Shown: positions 23,242 to 34,677 of the stretch, one piece after another
Numbering within the stretch: the first letter of the stretch is position 1
Layout of the letters: the number at the start of each line of letters is the position of its first letter
Source of the DNA: Cyanophora paradoxa CCMP329
Lineage: Eukaryota > Plantae > Glaucophyta
Assembly: GCA_004431415.1 (NCBI GenBank)
Contig: QPMI01000417.1
Location: forward strand, 124,001-188,000
Direction: 5' to 3'
Length of the DNA stretch: 64,000 bases
Position numbers and translations under genes: made by a program
Notes under the pieces: model-generated
What the model saw: only the letters and a program-made list of their open reading frames with translations
What the model was told of the DNA's origin: nothing
Database searches by the model: none

Positions 23242-26200
23242 TCATACCCCCTCCGCTTCCATGAGGGCGTCCTCTGCGCCGTACCCCTCCACGCGCGCGC
23301 CGTACGCCCCCAGAACGTCCTCCTCCACACCCTCCCAGTCGTCCCACGGCTCCGACACCGCAAGCTGCGGGCGCACAAAAGTGAGGGGCGGGTGTGCGGG
23401 GCGGGTGTGCGGGCGGGGGGGGGGGGGGGGGGACGCGGGAGAGGGGGGGGGGGGGGGGGCGGGAATGCGCACATTCTCTTCCTCGGCGACCGCCTCCTCT
23501 GCCGCCCCTCCTCCCCCTCCTCGTCCTCGTTGCTGTTGTCCTTCTCCTTCTTCTCCTCCTTGTCCTTCTCTTTGTCATCCTTGCCCGTTTCGTCGGCATC
23601 TCCTGCCGCCACCGCCTCCTCCTTCGCCTCCGCCGCCTCACCGGTGGCTTCTGCCGCCGCAGCCTCCTCGGTGGCCTCCGCGGCGGACGCATCGGCCTCC
23701 GCCGCCGCCTCCTCCGCCTCCGCCGCCTCCTCGGCGGCCTCCGCCACCTCGCCGGCCGCGTCGACGAGCTCGTCCGCCAGCGCCGCCGCCGCCTCCGCGC
23801 CCGCACCCTCGATCTGCTCCGCGATCTCCGCCACCTGCCGCGCCCGTCACGCCCGCCCCGCCCCGCGCGCCCCGCCGCGCCTCCCGCGCACCTCCTCGGC
23901 GGCCTCGTCGGCCTCTGCAGCCGCCTCCGCGGCAGTCTCCGCGGCGGCCTCCGCCACCTCTGCCTCTGCCTCCGCCTCGGCCTCCTCCTCGCGCGCCTCG
24001 GTCAGCTGCTCTTCGATCGCGCCGCGCTCCTCGGGGCTGCGCGCCCGTCAGCCCCGCACACACGCCGCTCCGGCCGGCAGGCGGCACGCACGTCGCTATC
24101 TCGAGGTACGACTGCAGGTCCTCGACGGTCCTCTCGGCCGCCGCCGCCTCCGCCGCCGCCTCCACGGCCTCCGCCGTCGCCTCCTCGGCGCTCTCCTCGG
24201 CCGCCTCGGCCTCCGCCTGCACCCTCCGCCCGTCAGCGCACGGCTCTCGCCACAGAGAGCGGCGCAGCAGCGACTCGCCTGGGCCTGCTCCACGGCCGCC
24301 TCGGCCGCCGCCGCGGGGTCGGTCTCGGCCAGCTCGGCGATGGCCTCCGCGGCGGGCGCATCGGCCTCCGCCGCCGCCTCCTCCGCCTCCGCCGCCTCCT
24401 CGGCGGCCTCCGCCACCTCGCCGGCCGCGTCGACGAGCTCGTCCGCCAGCGCCGCCGCCGCCTCCGCGCCCGCGCCCTCGATCTGCTCCGCGATCTCCGC
24501 CACCTGCCCCGCCCGTCACGCCCGCCCCGCCCCGCGCGCCCCGCCGGGCCTCCCGCGCACCTCCTCGGCGGCCTCGTCGGCCTCTGCAGCCGCCTCTGCG
24601 GCAGTCTCCGCGGCGGCCTCCGCCACCTCTGCCTCTGCCTCCGCCTCGGCCTCCTCCTCGCGCGCCTCGGTCAGCTGCTCTTCGATCGCGCCGCGCTCCT
24701 CCGGGCTGCGCGCCCGTCAGCCCCGCCCGCGCCGCTCCGGCCGGCCGGCGGCGCGCACGTCGCGGTCTCGAGGGACGCCTCCAGCTCGTCGACAGCCTTC
24801 TCGGCCGCCGCCGCCTCCGCCGCCGCCTCAACGGCCTCTGCCGTCGCTTCCTCGGCGCTCTCCTCGGCCGCCTCGGCCCCCGCCTGCCCCCGCCGCCGTC
24901 AGCGCACGGCCCCAGCCCAAGGAGCGGCGCAGCTGCAACTCGCCTGGGCCTGCTCCACGGCCGCCTCGGCCGCCGCCGCGGGGTCGGTCTCGGCCAGCTC
25001 AGCGATGGCCTCCGCGGCGGGCGCCTCGGCCTCCGCCGCCGCCTCCTCCGCCTCCGCCGCCTCCTCGGCGGCCTCCGCCACCTCGCCGGCCGCGTCGACG
25101 AGCTCGTCCGCCAGCGCCGCCGCCGCCTCCGCGCCCGCGCCCTCGATCTGCTCCGCGATCTCCGCCACCTGCCGCCCGTCACGCCCGCCCCGCCCCGCGC
25201 GCCCCGCTGCGCCTCCCGCGCACCTCCTCGGCGGCCTCGTCGGCCTCTGCAGCCGCCTCTGCGGCAGTCTCCGCGGCGGCCTCCGCCACCTCTGCCTCTG
25301 CCTCCGCCTCGGCCTCCTCCTCGCGCGCCTCGGTCAGCTGCTCTTCGATCGCGCCGCGCTCCTCCGGGCTGCGCGCCCGTCAGCCCCGCACACACCGCCG
25401 CTCCGGCCGGCCGGCGGCACGCACGTCGCGGTCTCGAGGGACGCCTCCAGCTCGTCGACAGCCTTCTCGGCCGCCGCCGCCTCCGCCGCCGCCTCAACGG
25501 CCTCTGCAGTCGCCTCCTCGGCGCTCTCCTCGGCCGCCTCGGCCTCCGCCTGCCCCCGCCGCCCGTCAGCGCACGGCCCTGGCCCCTAATAGCGGCGCAG
25601 CAGCGACTCGCCTGGGCCTGCTCCACGGCCGCCTCGGCCGCCGCCGCGGGGTCGGTCTCGGCCAGCTCAGCGATGGCCTCCGCGGCGGGCGCATCGGCCT
25701 CCGCCGCCGCCTCCTCCGCCTCCGCCGCCTCCTCGGCGGCCTCCGCCACCTCGCCGGCCGCGTCGACGAGCTCGTCCGCAAGTGCCGCCGCAGCCTCCGC
25801 GCCCGCGCCCTCGATCTGCTCCGCGATCTCCGCCACCTGCCGCCCGTCACGCCGGGCCCGTCCCGCGCGCCCCGCCGCGCCTCCCGCGCACCTCCTCGGC
25901 GGCCTCGTCGGCCTCTGCAGCCGCCTCTGCGGCAGTCTCCGCGGCGGCCTCCGCCACCTCTGCCTCTGCCTCCGCCTCGGCCTCCTCCTCGCGCGCCTCG
26001 GTCAGCTGCTCTTCGATCGCGCCGCGCTCCTCCGGACTGCGCGCCCGTCAGCCCCGCACACACGCCGCTCCGGTTGGCCGGAGGGGCGCACGGCGCAATC
26101 TCGAGGTACGACTCCAGGTCCTCGACGGTCCTCTCGGCCGCCGCCGCCTCCGCCGCCGCCTCCACGGCCTCCGCCGTCGCCTCCTCGGCGCTCTCCTCGG

Positions 26201-29200
26201 CCGCCTCGGCCTCCGCCTGCCCCCGCCGCCCGTCAGCGCACGGCCCTGGCCGAAGAGAGCGGCGCAGCTGCGACTCGCCTGGGCCTGCTCCACGGCCGCC
26301 TCGGCCGCCGCCGCGGGGTCGGTCTCGGCCAGCTCAGCGATGGCCTCCGCGGCGGGCGCATCGGCCTCCGCCGCCGCCTCCTCCGCCTCCGCCGCCTCCT
26401 CGGCGGCCTCCGCCACCTCGCCGGCCGCGTCGACGAGCTCGTCCGCCAGCGCCGCCGCAGCCTCCGCGCCCGCACCCTCGATCTGCTCCGCAATCTCCGC
26501 CACCTGCTGCCCGTCACGCCAGGCCCGCCCCCGCGCGCCCCGCCGCGCCTCCCGCGCACCTCCTCCGCGGCCTCGTCGGCCTCTGCAGCCGCCTCCGCGG
26601 CAGTCTCCGCGGCGGCCTCCGCCACCTCCGCCTCCGCCTCCGCCTCCTCCTCCTCCTCGCGCGCCTCGGTCAGCTGCTCTTCGATCGCGCCGCGCTCCTC
26701 CGGACTACGCGCCCGTCAGCCCCGCCCGCGCCGCTCCTGCCCGCCGGCGGCACGCACGTCGCTGTCTCGAGGGACGCCTCCAGGTTCTCGACAGCCGTCT
26801 CGGCCGCCGCCGCCTCCGCCGCCGCCTCCACGGCCTCCGCCGTCGCCTCCTCGGCGCTCTCCTCGGCCGCCTCGGCCCCCGCCTGCCCCCGCCGCCCGTC
26901 AGCGCACGGCCCTGGCCCCAAGAGCGGCGCAGGAGCGACTCGCCTGGGCCTGCTCCACGGCCGCCTCGGCCGCCGCCGCGGGGTCGGTCTCGGCCAGCTC
27001 AGCGATGGCCTCCGCGGCGGGCGCATCGGCCTCCGCCGCCGCCTCCTCCGCCTCCGCCGCCTCCTCGGCGGCCTCCGCCACCTCGCCGGCCGCGTCGACG
27101 AGCTCGTCCGCAAGCGCCGCCGCCGCCTCCACGCCCGCGCCCTCGATCTGCTCCGCGATCTCCGCCACCTGCCCCGCCCGTCACGACAGCCCCGCCCCGC
27201 GCGCCCCGCCGGGCCTCCCGCGCACCTCCTCGGCGGCCTCGTCGGCCTCTGCAGCCGCCTCCGCGGCAGTCTCCGCGGCGGCCTCCGCCACTTCTGCCTC
27301 TGCCTCCGCCTCGGCCTCCTCCTCGCGCGCCTCGGTCAGCTGCTCTTCGATCGCGCCGCGCTCCTCCGGGCTGCGCGCCCGTCAGCCCCGCCCGAGCCGC
27401 TCCGGCCGGCCGGCGGCACGCACGTCGCTGTCTCGAGGGACGCCTCCAGGTTCTCGACAGCCTTCTCGGCCGCCGCCGCCTCCGCCGCCGCCTCGACGGC
27501 CTCCGCCGTCGCCTCCTCGGCGCTCTCCTCGGCCGCCTGGGCCTCCGCCTGCCCCCACCGCCCGTCAGCGCACGGCCCCGGCCAAAGAGAGCGGCGCAGC
27601 AGCGACTCGCCTGGGCCTGCTCCACGGCCGCCTCGGCCGCCGCCGCGGGGTCGGTCTCGGCCAGCTCGGCGACCTCCTCAACCGTGTCGGCCTCGGGCTC
27701 CGCATCCCCGTCCTCTCCGTCCTCGCTCAGCTCGAAGCCGAGATCCCTCTGCTGTGCCCCCTGGGGCGCCTCCTCGGAGGCGCCGCCCTCCTCCTCGCCC
27801 TCCTCGCCGTCTTCGCTGAGCTCGAAGCCAAAGCCAAAGCCGAGGTCCCGAGAGCCAATGGCGCCATCCTGTGCCGGCCCGCCATCCGCCGCCGCCACCG
27901 CCAGGATGTCCTGCAGGAGCTGCCGGAGAGGCGCGGCTCAGGCGGGGACGGCGTTCCAGTGAGGGCGGGAGGGGGGTGCGCGCACCGCCTGCACGCTGGC
28001 GGGGTCGAGCGCCGGGGCCTCCGCCGCTGGGGCCGGGGCCGCTTCCGTCGCTGCTGCCGGGGCCACTTCCGTCTCCGCCGCAGCCGGGGGGACCTGCTCC
28101 GGCCGAAAAAAAGTGAGCCAGCCATCTATCTACCGGCTCGGCTACGGGTCCGGCTCTAGCCCTCGGCCGGGCCGCACCTCGGGCAGGGCCGGCGGCTGGG
28201 CCGGCACCTCTGCGGGGGCCTGCGCTCGCAACGCCGCGAGCTGCGCGCGACCGTCAGGCGACCGCTGCGCCGAACCAGGCGACCGCTGCGCCGAACCGAG
28301 CGTCCCTTCTGCTGACCCCCCCCCCCCCCTCACCTCACTCACCTCGGACGACAGAGAAAAGACGGTCTCATGCAGGAGGCCGATCTGCCGGGGGGGGGGG
28401 GGGGGGGGGAGGGGTTAGGCGTCAGGAGCAAAAACGCCGCGCCGAGGCCGCAGCGCTCCGCGCCCTTCGTCCGGAGGAGACATCAAGGGGGGGAGGGGGG
28501 TACTCACGTCGCTCTGGATGCGCTCGTGCGTTGCGCCGGCAATCCTGCGGGAGACCCCGGGTCGAAGATGGCGGGGCGGGGCGGGGCGGGGCGGGGCGGG
28601 GGCGCTCTATAAAGCACGCCTGAACGCTTCTTAGGGGAATTTGATCGAAGGACTCGATAGCGAAGGACTCGATCGCGATAGGGCATTTGGAAGTCAAGAG
28701 GATCGGCGCGTGTATTATGGACGATTCTCGTATCTTCTACTCGTCGCATGTTCTACCGTGCGAGAAGCGCACCTGGCGGCTTCCACGTCGCTCTGGATGG
28801 CGTTGAGCCGCTCCTCGAGCGACTGCACGTGCGGAGAGAGGGACCTGCGGGAGGGGGGTACGGGATAAACGGAGAGGAAAGGGGGTACGGGAACGGTGGG
28901 GGGGACGCACTCGAGGCCCGCGCTGACGGCGCTGAGGTCCTCCCGCAGGCTGATGTTCGAGTCCGTCCCGTACCTGTACCCCCCGTCAGCATGCCCTCTC
29001 CCCGGCGGGGGGTACGCGAGGCGCACAGGAGGTTGTTCAAATCCGAACGGAGGGAGCCGATGGCCTGCCCCAGCTCGTCGACGCGAGCGACAAGCGCCTC
29101 GTTGCCGGCACCCTGCTTCAGAAGGAAGATATCTGCCGCAAGCCTGCGGAAAGGGACGAGAGGAAGCGTCAGTGTCTACGGGCGAGGGGTACATGTGCGA

Positions 29201-30218
29201 GGGAGGGCGAGCGCACCCGTCGATCCGGGTCGAGAGGTCGGCGCGGCTGGCCTGCGCGGTGTCGAGGCTCGCGCTGCCGGCGGTCTTGAGCTGCTCGATC
29301 TCCGAGCGGAGCTGTTGGATGTCGTCCTGCTTTGAAACGACCTCGGCCACGAGCCTGTTGGACGGGAAGAGGCGTTAGCGTCAATGGGGGTACTGGTACG
29401 AGGGAGGGCGAGCGCGCCCGTCGATCCGGGTCGAGAGGTCGGCGCGGCTGGCCTGCGCGGTGTCGAGGCTCGCGCTGCCGGCGGTCTTGAGCTGCTCGAT
29501 CTCCGAGCGGAGCTGTTGGATGTCGTCCTCGCACGCGCACGCGGCGTCGTCGTTCTGCTGGGCCTCGGCGACCTGGCGCAGGTCCGCCCGCAGCGCAGAG
29601 ACGTCATCCGCGAGCGAGCCCGTGTGCTCCGAGAAGATGAGGCACACGTCGCGTGCGTCTCCCGAGAGCATAAGGCACGCATCCCCCGCCGACGCCGGCA
29701 GAGGGGTCGGCTCAGCTGCAGGCGGGCTCGGTTCCGGCATCGGCGGCTGCGGTGCCGGGTGCGGTGGCGGCAAGATTCCCAGGCTTGCGAGGAATTCGAG
29801 CCCGGCGGGAAGATCTCCGTCGAGCTCCGCGCCTCGCGACTGCGGCTGCGGCTCTGGCTCGGGGACCGGAGCCGGCGGGCTGGGAGCCTGCTGGGAGCCG
29901 ACACCGAGGTATTCGCCCCAGCTCGCCTCCAGATGGCCAGCTGTGACGCGAGAGCGTGCGTGAGCACTTGAGCGCGTCGATGCAGCGCGGGCCGCCGGGC
30001 GGGTGGCGTCGGCGATCAATTTCAGCGACACGCCAGGGGCGCATGCCGAAGTGCGCACTTTCGGGATTTACGTAGGCTGGGTGAGCGTCGTGCGGCACCG
30101 TGAAGCGCCAGTAGGAATCCGCGCCCGCAGTCCCGGAAGCTGGCATCGCCCCGCCGTGCAGAAGTTGCATGATGTCGTCAAGAGCCTCCTCCGCTGCACG
30201 GCCATCGTTCGGGGGCAT
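23242..30218 (-). CDS. Large acidic Glu/Ala-rich repeat protein with an N-terminal degenerate WW-like motif, Pro-rich and coiled-coil segments; stop at 23242 or 23163 is uncertain
   Basis: ATG 30218 MPPNDGRAAEEALDDIMQLL..SYWRFTVPHDAHPAYVNPETGHLEASWGEY.., duplicated exon DDIQQLRSEIEQLKTAGSASLDTAQASRADLSTRIDG, then a continuous spliced chain into E/A repeats. Confidence 0.72.
23680..27672 (-). repeat. Tandem array of 6 units of about 666 bp, each 3 exons + 3 introns (about 165 aa of Glu/Ala-rich sequence)
   Basis: Marker ctcgcctgggcctgctccacgg at 24274, 24939, 25607, 26274, 26939 and 27606. One intron per unit has a GC donor (CAG|GCGAGT). Confidence 0.95.
29198..29529 (-). repeat. Duplicated exon plus donor region (about 130 bp, period 201)
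   Basis: 29198-29328 and 29399-29529 are near identical. Confidence 0.9.
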
Positions 30219-30348
30219 CGCAGAGCGCCGAAGGATTGCCTCCTTCCAGCCGGCTCCGGGTACTTGTCACAGAGCCCACTTCGTTCGACGTTCGCAACCC
30301 CAGCAACAGCATTAGCCGGGTACACTCCAAATTTCGGGCAGCTTCAAG

Positions 30349-32479
30349 ATGGCGTCGCTCTACGAGAACAAGCTGTTCCAATTCTCCATGCTGTTCTGCG
30401 GCCCAGTTGTGTGCGTCAGTTTCGGTCTCCCGGCCTGGGCTCCGCCGACATTCTCTCGCGCAGGGTCGGTCTGTGGGCCATCTGGAACATGGTGCTCAGC
30501 TTTACGTTAGCATTCCACGCACGTTTTAACATTCCCATGCAGTTCGCCCCGCTTTCGCTCCTCCGGTTCATGGTCCGCAGCTCAGCCCATGAAATCTGAT
30601 CTTTGGCCCCGCTCACCGCGCGGTCGGCTAGTTCCACGATTTCTCCTCGCTCACCGGTGACGAGGCCGTCGTTCTTCGGAGCAGCCTCGGCTCGCTGGTG
30701 CGTCGCTGGTTGTTGTCGCGGTCGGCCGCGGCCGTCCAGCTCGATATGCGCGGCGCGAGCGGCGCCCATTGCCGCCCGAAAACGGTTATATCTAGCGTCG
30801 CGCAACTTGAGGCACGTGCAACGGCAGCGTCTGCGGCGACGCGAATCCCTCGAGCTCGTTCAAATCTGCGCCTTGGCCCGCCCATGGCCAATCAGCGCGA
30901 CAGTTAGAAGTCGCACCCTGAAGCCTGAGCTTAGCTCAGGCATAGGATCAAGCTAGAGCAGTCTAGGTAGAGCTCAGGACCTAGAAGCTCGTAGGACACG
31001 CGGTATAGCTAGACACCGACTGCTGGGCGCCTTCGCCGCTCCCCGCTCACACGCTGCCGGCGTGCAGATCCTGTATTACTTCCTGCGCATGAAGGGAGTC
31101 GTCGAGATCCTTTGCGGCTGCCTCTTCTTCCTCGGCCTGCGCCGGTGCGCCCGGCATCGAATTTGATCCCGCTGCTCTGCGTGCTAGCCGCCCTTGCAGC
31201 GGCAACAACAGGACCACAACGCTCATGCTCGTCGGCTTGATCGCTGCTGGCGCCGCGTTCACCGCCATCTACCTCCACGCCATCCGCTACAGTGCGCGGG
31301 CCGGGCCGCTCGCCGTGTCTGCAGCGCCTTACGCCGCGCTGCGCGCAGTGTTCCCGACCGGCGCCGTCTTCGGAACCGTCCTGCCCGTTTGCATTTGGCT
31401 CGGCGCCTCCCTCGCTGCCCTCGTGTTCGTCATCCGCTACGCGACCGCTGGGTCCGTGTACCCCCCTTCGCTCCAACCCCACGTTGTGCTGAGCCGTTTC
31501 TCGTACCCGCGCAGCTCCTCGTCCGAGGGCGCCTCCGTGAAGGTCGACACCTTCTTCGTCTTCTTCCTTATCATCGCCCCGCTCGGGTACCCCTGCAGCT
31601 AGCGCTCGCAATGCCGTACCCCCTCAAGCTGACCTCTCTTCAGATTCCTGGCCGTTTCGATCTGGCAGATCGCCGAGCCCTCGAGCTTCGGCCGCTTCTT
31701 CTTCCCCTCCTTCGCCAAGTCCAGCACCGCCTCCTTCATCTTCGACTCCCCGGTTCGAATCCGGCCGGGCCCTGTTTCCCCTCCGCGCGCGGCCGAGCCC
31801 CCCTCCCCTGCAGATCCAGCTCCTGATCACCCGCTGGTCCGGCATCACCTCCGTCGTCGCCGTGTCAGCCGCTTTTTGAGTTTGCATGTCGCTTGCTTGC
31901 TGTCTCTGACGGCCCGCGGAAACAGGTACATGTCCGTCGTTGCTCTCTACGGGTGCGCCCTCCCTCCGCTGCCCACCCGCTCGTTTTCAGAGATTTGATC
32001 TCACGTTTCCTGCCCCGGCGCGCAGCGCGGACACGCGCACGACGGGTACGCAGCTTTCTGCTGTCCCTTTTCGGACCCCGAGATTTGATCCGAGGCGCAC
32101 AGCCCAGATCGTGGGCGCGGTCGCCGTCGCCATCTCCGTGCACGTCATTTCGTACGCGGATCTCTTTGCGCTCGCCCCGCAGGCATCCGCGGGTGCGTGC
32201 GCCTGCAGACGCCGAATCTGCGCCGGCTTGCTTCTCTTAGAGCTGAACTCGGAACGCCCCCCTCTGACCTTTCAGGCCCGATCCTGCTCTTCATCGGCTT
32301 CGGGGGCTACGTCGTTGTGGCCCTGATTTTCCTGTACACCTTCTACTTTGCGGGGTACTCGGATTTCCCTTTCGAATTCGAATCCTCTCCCGCTGACGAT
32401 GGCGCGCAGCCACAAGCGCGAGGCGGTGAAGGATGCCGCGCCCCTCTACAGCGTCGGCACCCCCTTCGAGTACGCGTGA
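30349..32479 (+). CDS. Multi-pass membrane protein (about 8 TM, internally duplicated), function unknown
   Basis: MASLYENKLFQFSMLFCGPVVVGLWAIWNMFAPLSLLRFM..ILYYFLRMKGVVEILCGCLFFLG..LMLVGLIAAGAAFTAIYLH..TFFVFFLIIAPL..ILLFIGFGGYVVVALIFLYTFYFAGHKREAVKDAAPLYSVGTPFEYA*. Confidence 0.8.
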
Positions 32480-32853
32480 GCGCGAGCCTAGCCCGTGTCT
32501 TTAGTGTCTTCGCACAGGCGTCTTCTGTATACGTAGTTTTACGTGTAGGGCCCGCTAGTTCCGCGGCATCGATATCATTGAAAGCAGAACCAAACGTCAA
32601 CGCTGGATCGGAGCCTCGGAGCAGGGGGGGCGGAGGGGTGCCCATAGCTGCCCTGCTGGGCGTTGAAACCAGCTATCCTAATTATAAGAAGCTTAGTAGG
32701 CCGTGATCGTAAACGAGCTGAAGCTCGCCGCCCCGGGATACAGCGATATAACTGCCGAGGCGGCCGGGCCGAATTTCAGCCCCGGGCAACATTCCAGCAA
32801 CTTAAGCAGCGGTGATCAGTTGGACTTGTAGAGACTGCATCGATATCATTTGT

Positions 32854-33467
32854 ATGAGCGGCGGGCTCCGGGCGATGGTGCTACACGCGTTCAAGTTCGA
32901 GGTGAGGTCCGCGCGCCCGGGGTCCTCGATCGGCGCGCCGGCGTATATACCGCTTCGAAGTACGCAAGTGCGACGGCGGAGAACGCCGCATGACGCGCCT
33001 CCGCGAAGTTGCTGACGCGAGCTGCGCTGCACAGGTCCACGGCAGAGTGCAAGGCGTTTACTTCAGGCACGGAACCCGCAGCTGCGTGCGGCCGCGCTCG
33101 CCTGACGTTTGTGCGCGCTCCGCGCAGGAAGTACACGCGGGAGAAGGCGGTGAGCCTGAAGCTCGTCGGCTGGTGTCGAAACACGCCGTCGGATACGGTT
33201 GAAGGCGAGGTGCAGGGAGAGGAGAAGGCTATCAAGGACATGTGCGTCGACGCCCGCCGCTCAGCCTGCGGCCTGGAGCGCCAGCTGCAGCCAGGTCGCG
33301 GCCGAGCCCGCGGCTCACGCCTGCAGTCGACGTTGTTCGCCCGCATGCGCAGGGAGCACTGGCTGGGCCATGTTGGGAGCCCGAGCTCGAAGATCTCGAA
33401 GCTGGATGTGCGGGACAGGCGCACGGTGGCGGCGGCCGAGTTTAGAGACTTCGAGATTAGAAAGTAG
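32854..33467 (+). CDS. ACYP: Acylphosphatase (4 exons; alternative ATG at 32875)
   Basis: Spliced FKFEVHGRVQGVYFRKYTREKAVSLKLVGWCRNTPSDTVEGEVQG..GSPSSKI..FRDFEIRK*, with both family signatures. Confidence 0.96.
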
Positions 33468-34210
33468 GCCACCGGCCGCATGCATGGCCTAGGATGTTAA
33501 TGTTGAAGACTCTCGGTCTCGTCAAGACTGCCAGGTTGAGTCCCATCTTCCCACCACCCACGCATTGAGAGCGCATGATGGCGGCCGGCGACCATTGAAA
33601 GCGCACACGCCGCGGCGCGGCCGCGGCCGCGGCCAGCCATGCACGTGGGGGGCCAAAGTTAAGCCTTGCAATTGGCCAGAGGGGGGGTGGAAGGAGAAGG
33701 AACTAGAGATATAAAATGATTGCAAGAGCGCGCGGAAGACTGGCTGTCCGCCCTGCATGGCAAAGCGCCCAGGACGACACAGAGATCAATTCTTCAAAAA
33801 AAGCTGAGTGAACGCTCCTGACTGCATCGAGCTAAACTAAGCTGTATACGCTGATGCAAAATCCCTTCAACTGCCTAAAAAACGCGTCAACGCTGTGTAC
33901 GAGGGAGGGCTGCCGCGCAGAGCGGCACCCCCCGGAAAAAAGACTGCTGGAAAAGATGCAGCCGCTGCATCATCTCAAAAGCCGCGATTAGCACGAAGCG
34001 AGTTTCGATTGACCAAGGCAGATACTGACTGTTCAGCTGGGAAGGATTGCTGGCCCAATGCTGGGCCGGAGGCCTAGGCGGCGCGTTGCGCGGCGGCGTC
34101 GCATGTGCGGGCTGGACTGGAGCTGTCGGGCTGAGTGAAGCGATGCACTGGATGCGCAATGCTCCGGATTGGCGGCGCGGCGGGGCAGAGCGGCGGACAA
34201 GGCACGCCCG

Positions 34211-34577
34211 TCATTCAGGATGCGGAGCCGCAGCGGCCGGCTCGGGCGACCCGTCGTGGTGACCGCCGTGGCCTTTGCACGATGGATCGTGGCAGTGGTC
34301 GTCCTCGCTCTCGCTGCTGCTCTCGCCGAACGAGCGCTTCTTCTTGAAGACGCAGCAGACTGCACGCGGGCGAGTGAGGCGGCGGAACGGAGGAGGCGCG
34401 CTCAAGGCGAAGCGCACTCTTGCTCTTCTTCTTGCCTGAAAACTCGTTATCGACGGTGTCCTCGGTCCACTTCACGCCCTTCTTCTTCTTCTTGGGCTTC
34501 AGCTGCAGCGTCAGGACGGCCGGCGCAGACACCGTTGCTGTGACGGTGCCCGCAGCCGCGCCGAGCGTGGACGCCAT
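34211..34577 (-). CDS. PPP1R11: Protein phosphatase 1 inhibitor-3 (Ypi1/PPP1R11 family), 2 exons
   Basis: LTLQLKPKKKKKGVKWTEDTVDNEFSGKKKSK|VCCVFKKKRSFGESSSESEDD, containing the RVxW-type motif and the DNE..KKSKxCC signature. Confidence 0.95.
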
Positions 34578-34677
34578 GCGATCGATGACTCGATGACTCA
34601 GCAGCTGTCTCAATTTCTGCCGTACCCCAGAGCAGAGAAGAAGACTGAAGAAGTTCGGCAAGGAGCGAGCTCGCGCG

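Noticed and set aside
23044-28159. 1591-aa and 1632-aa plus-strand ORFs
   Set aside because: Stop-free antisense shadows of the GC-rich Glu/Ala array. Splice signals and coherent protein are on the minus strand.
31224-31227. Apparent divergent ORFs sharing one CATG
   Set aside because: The plus-strand Met is internal to the spliced membrane gene starting at 30349, and the minus ORF is its shadow
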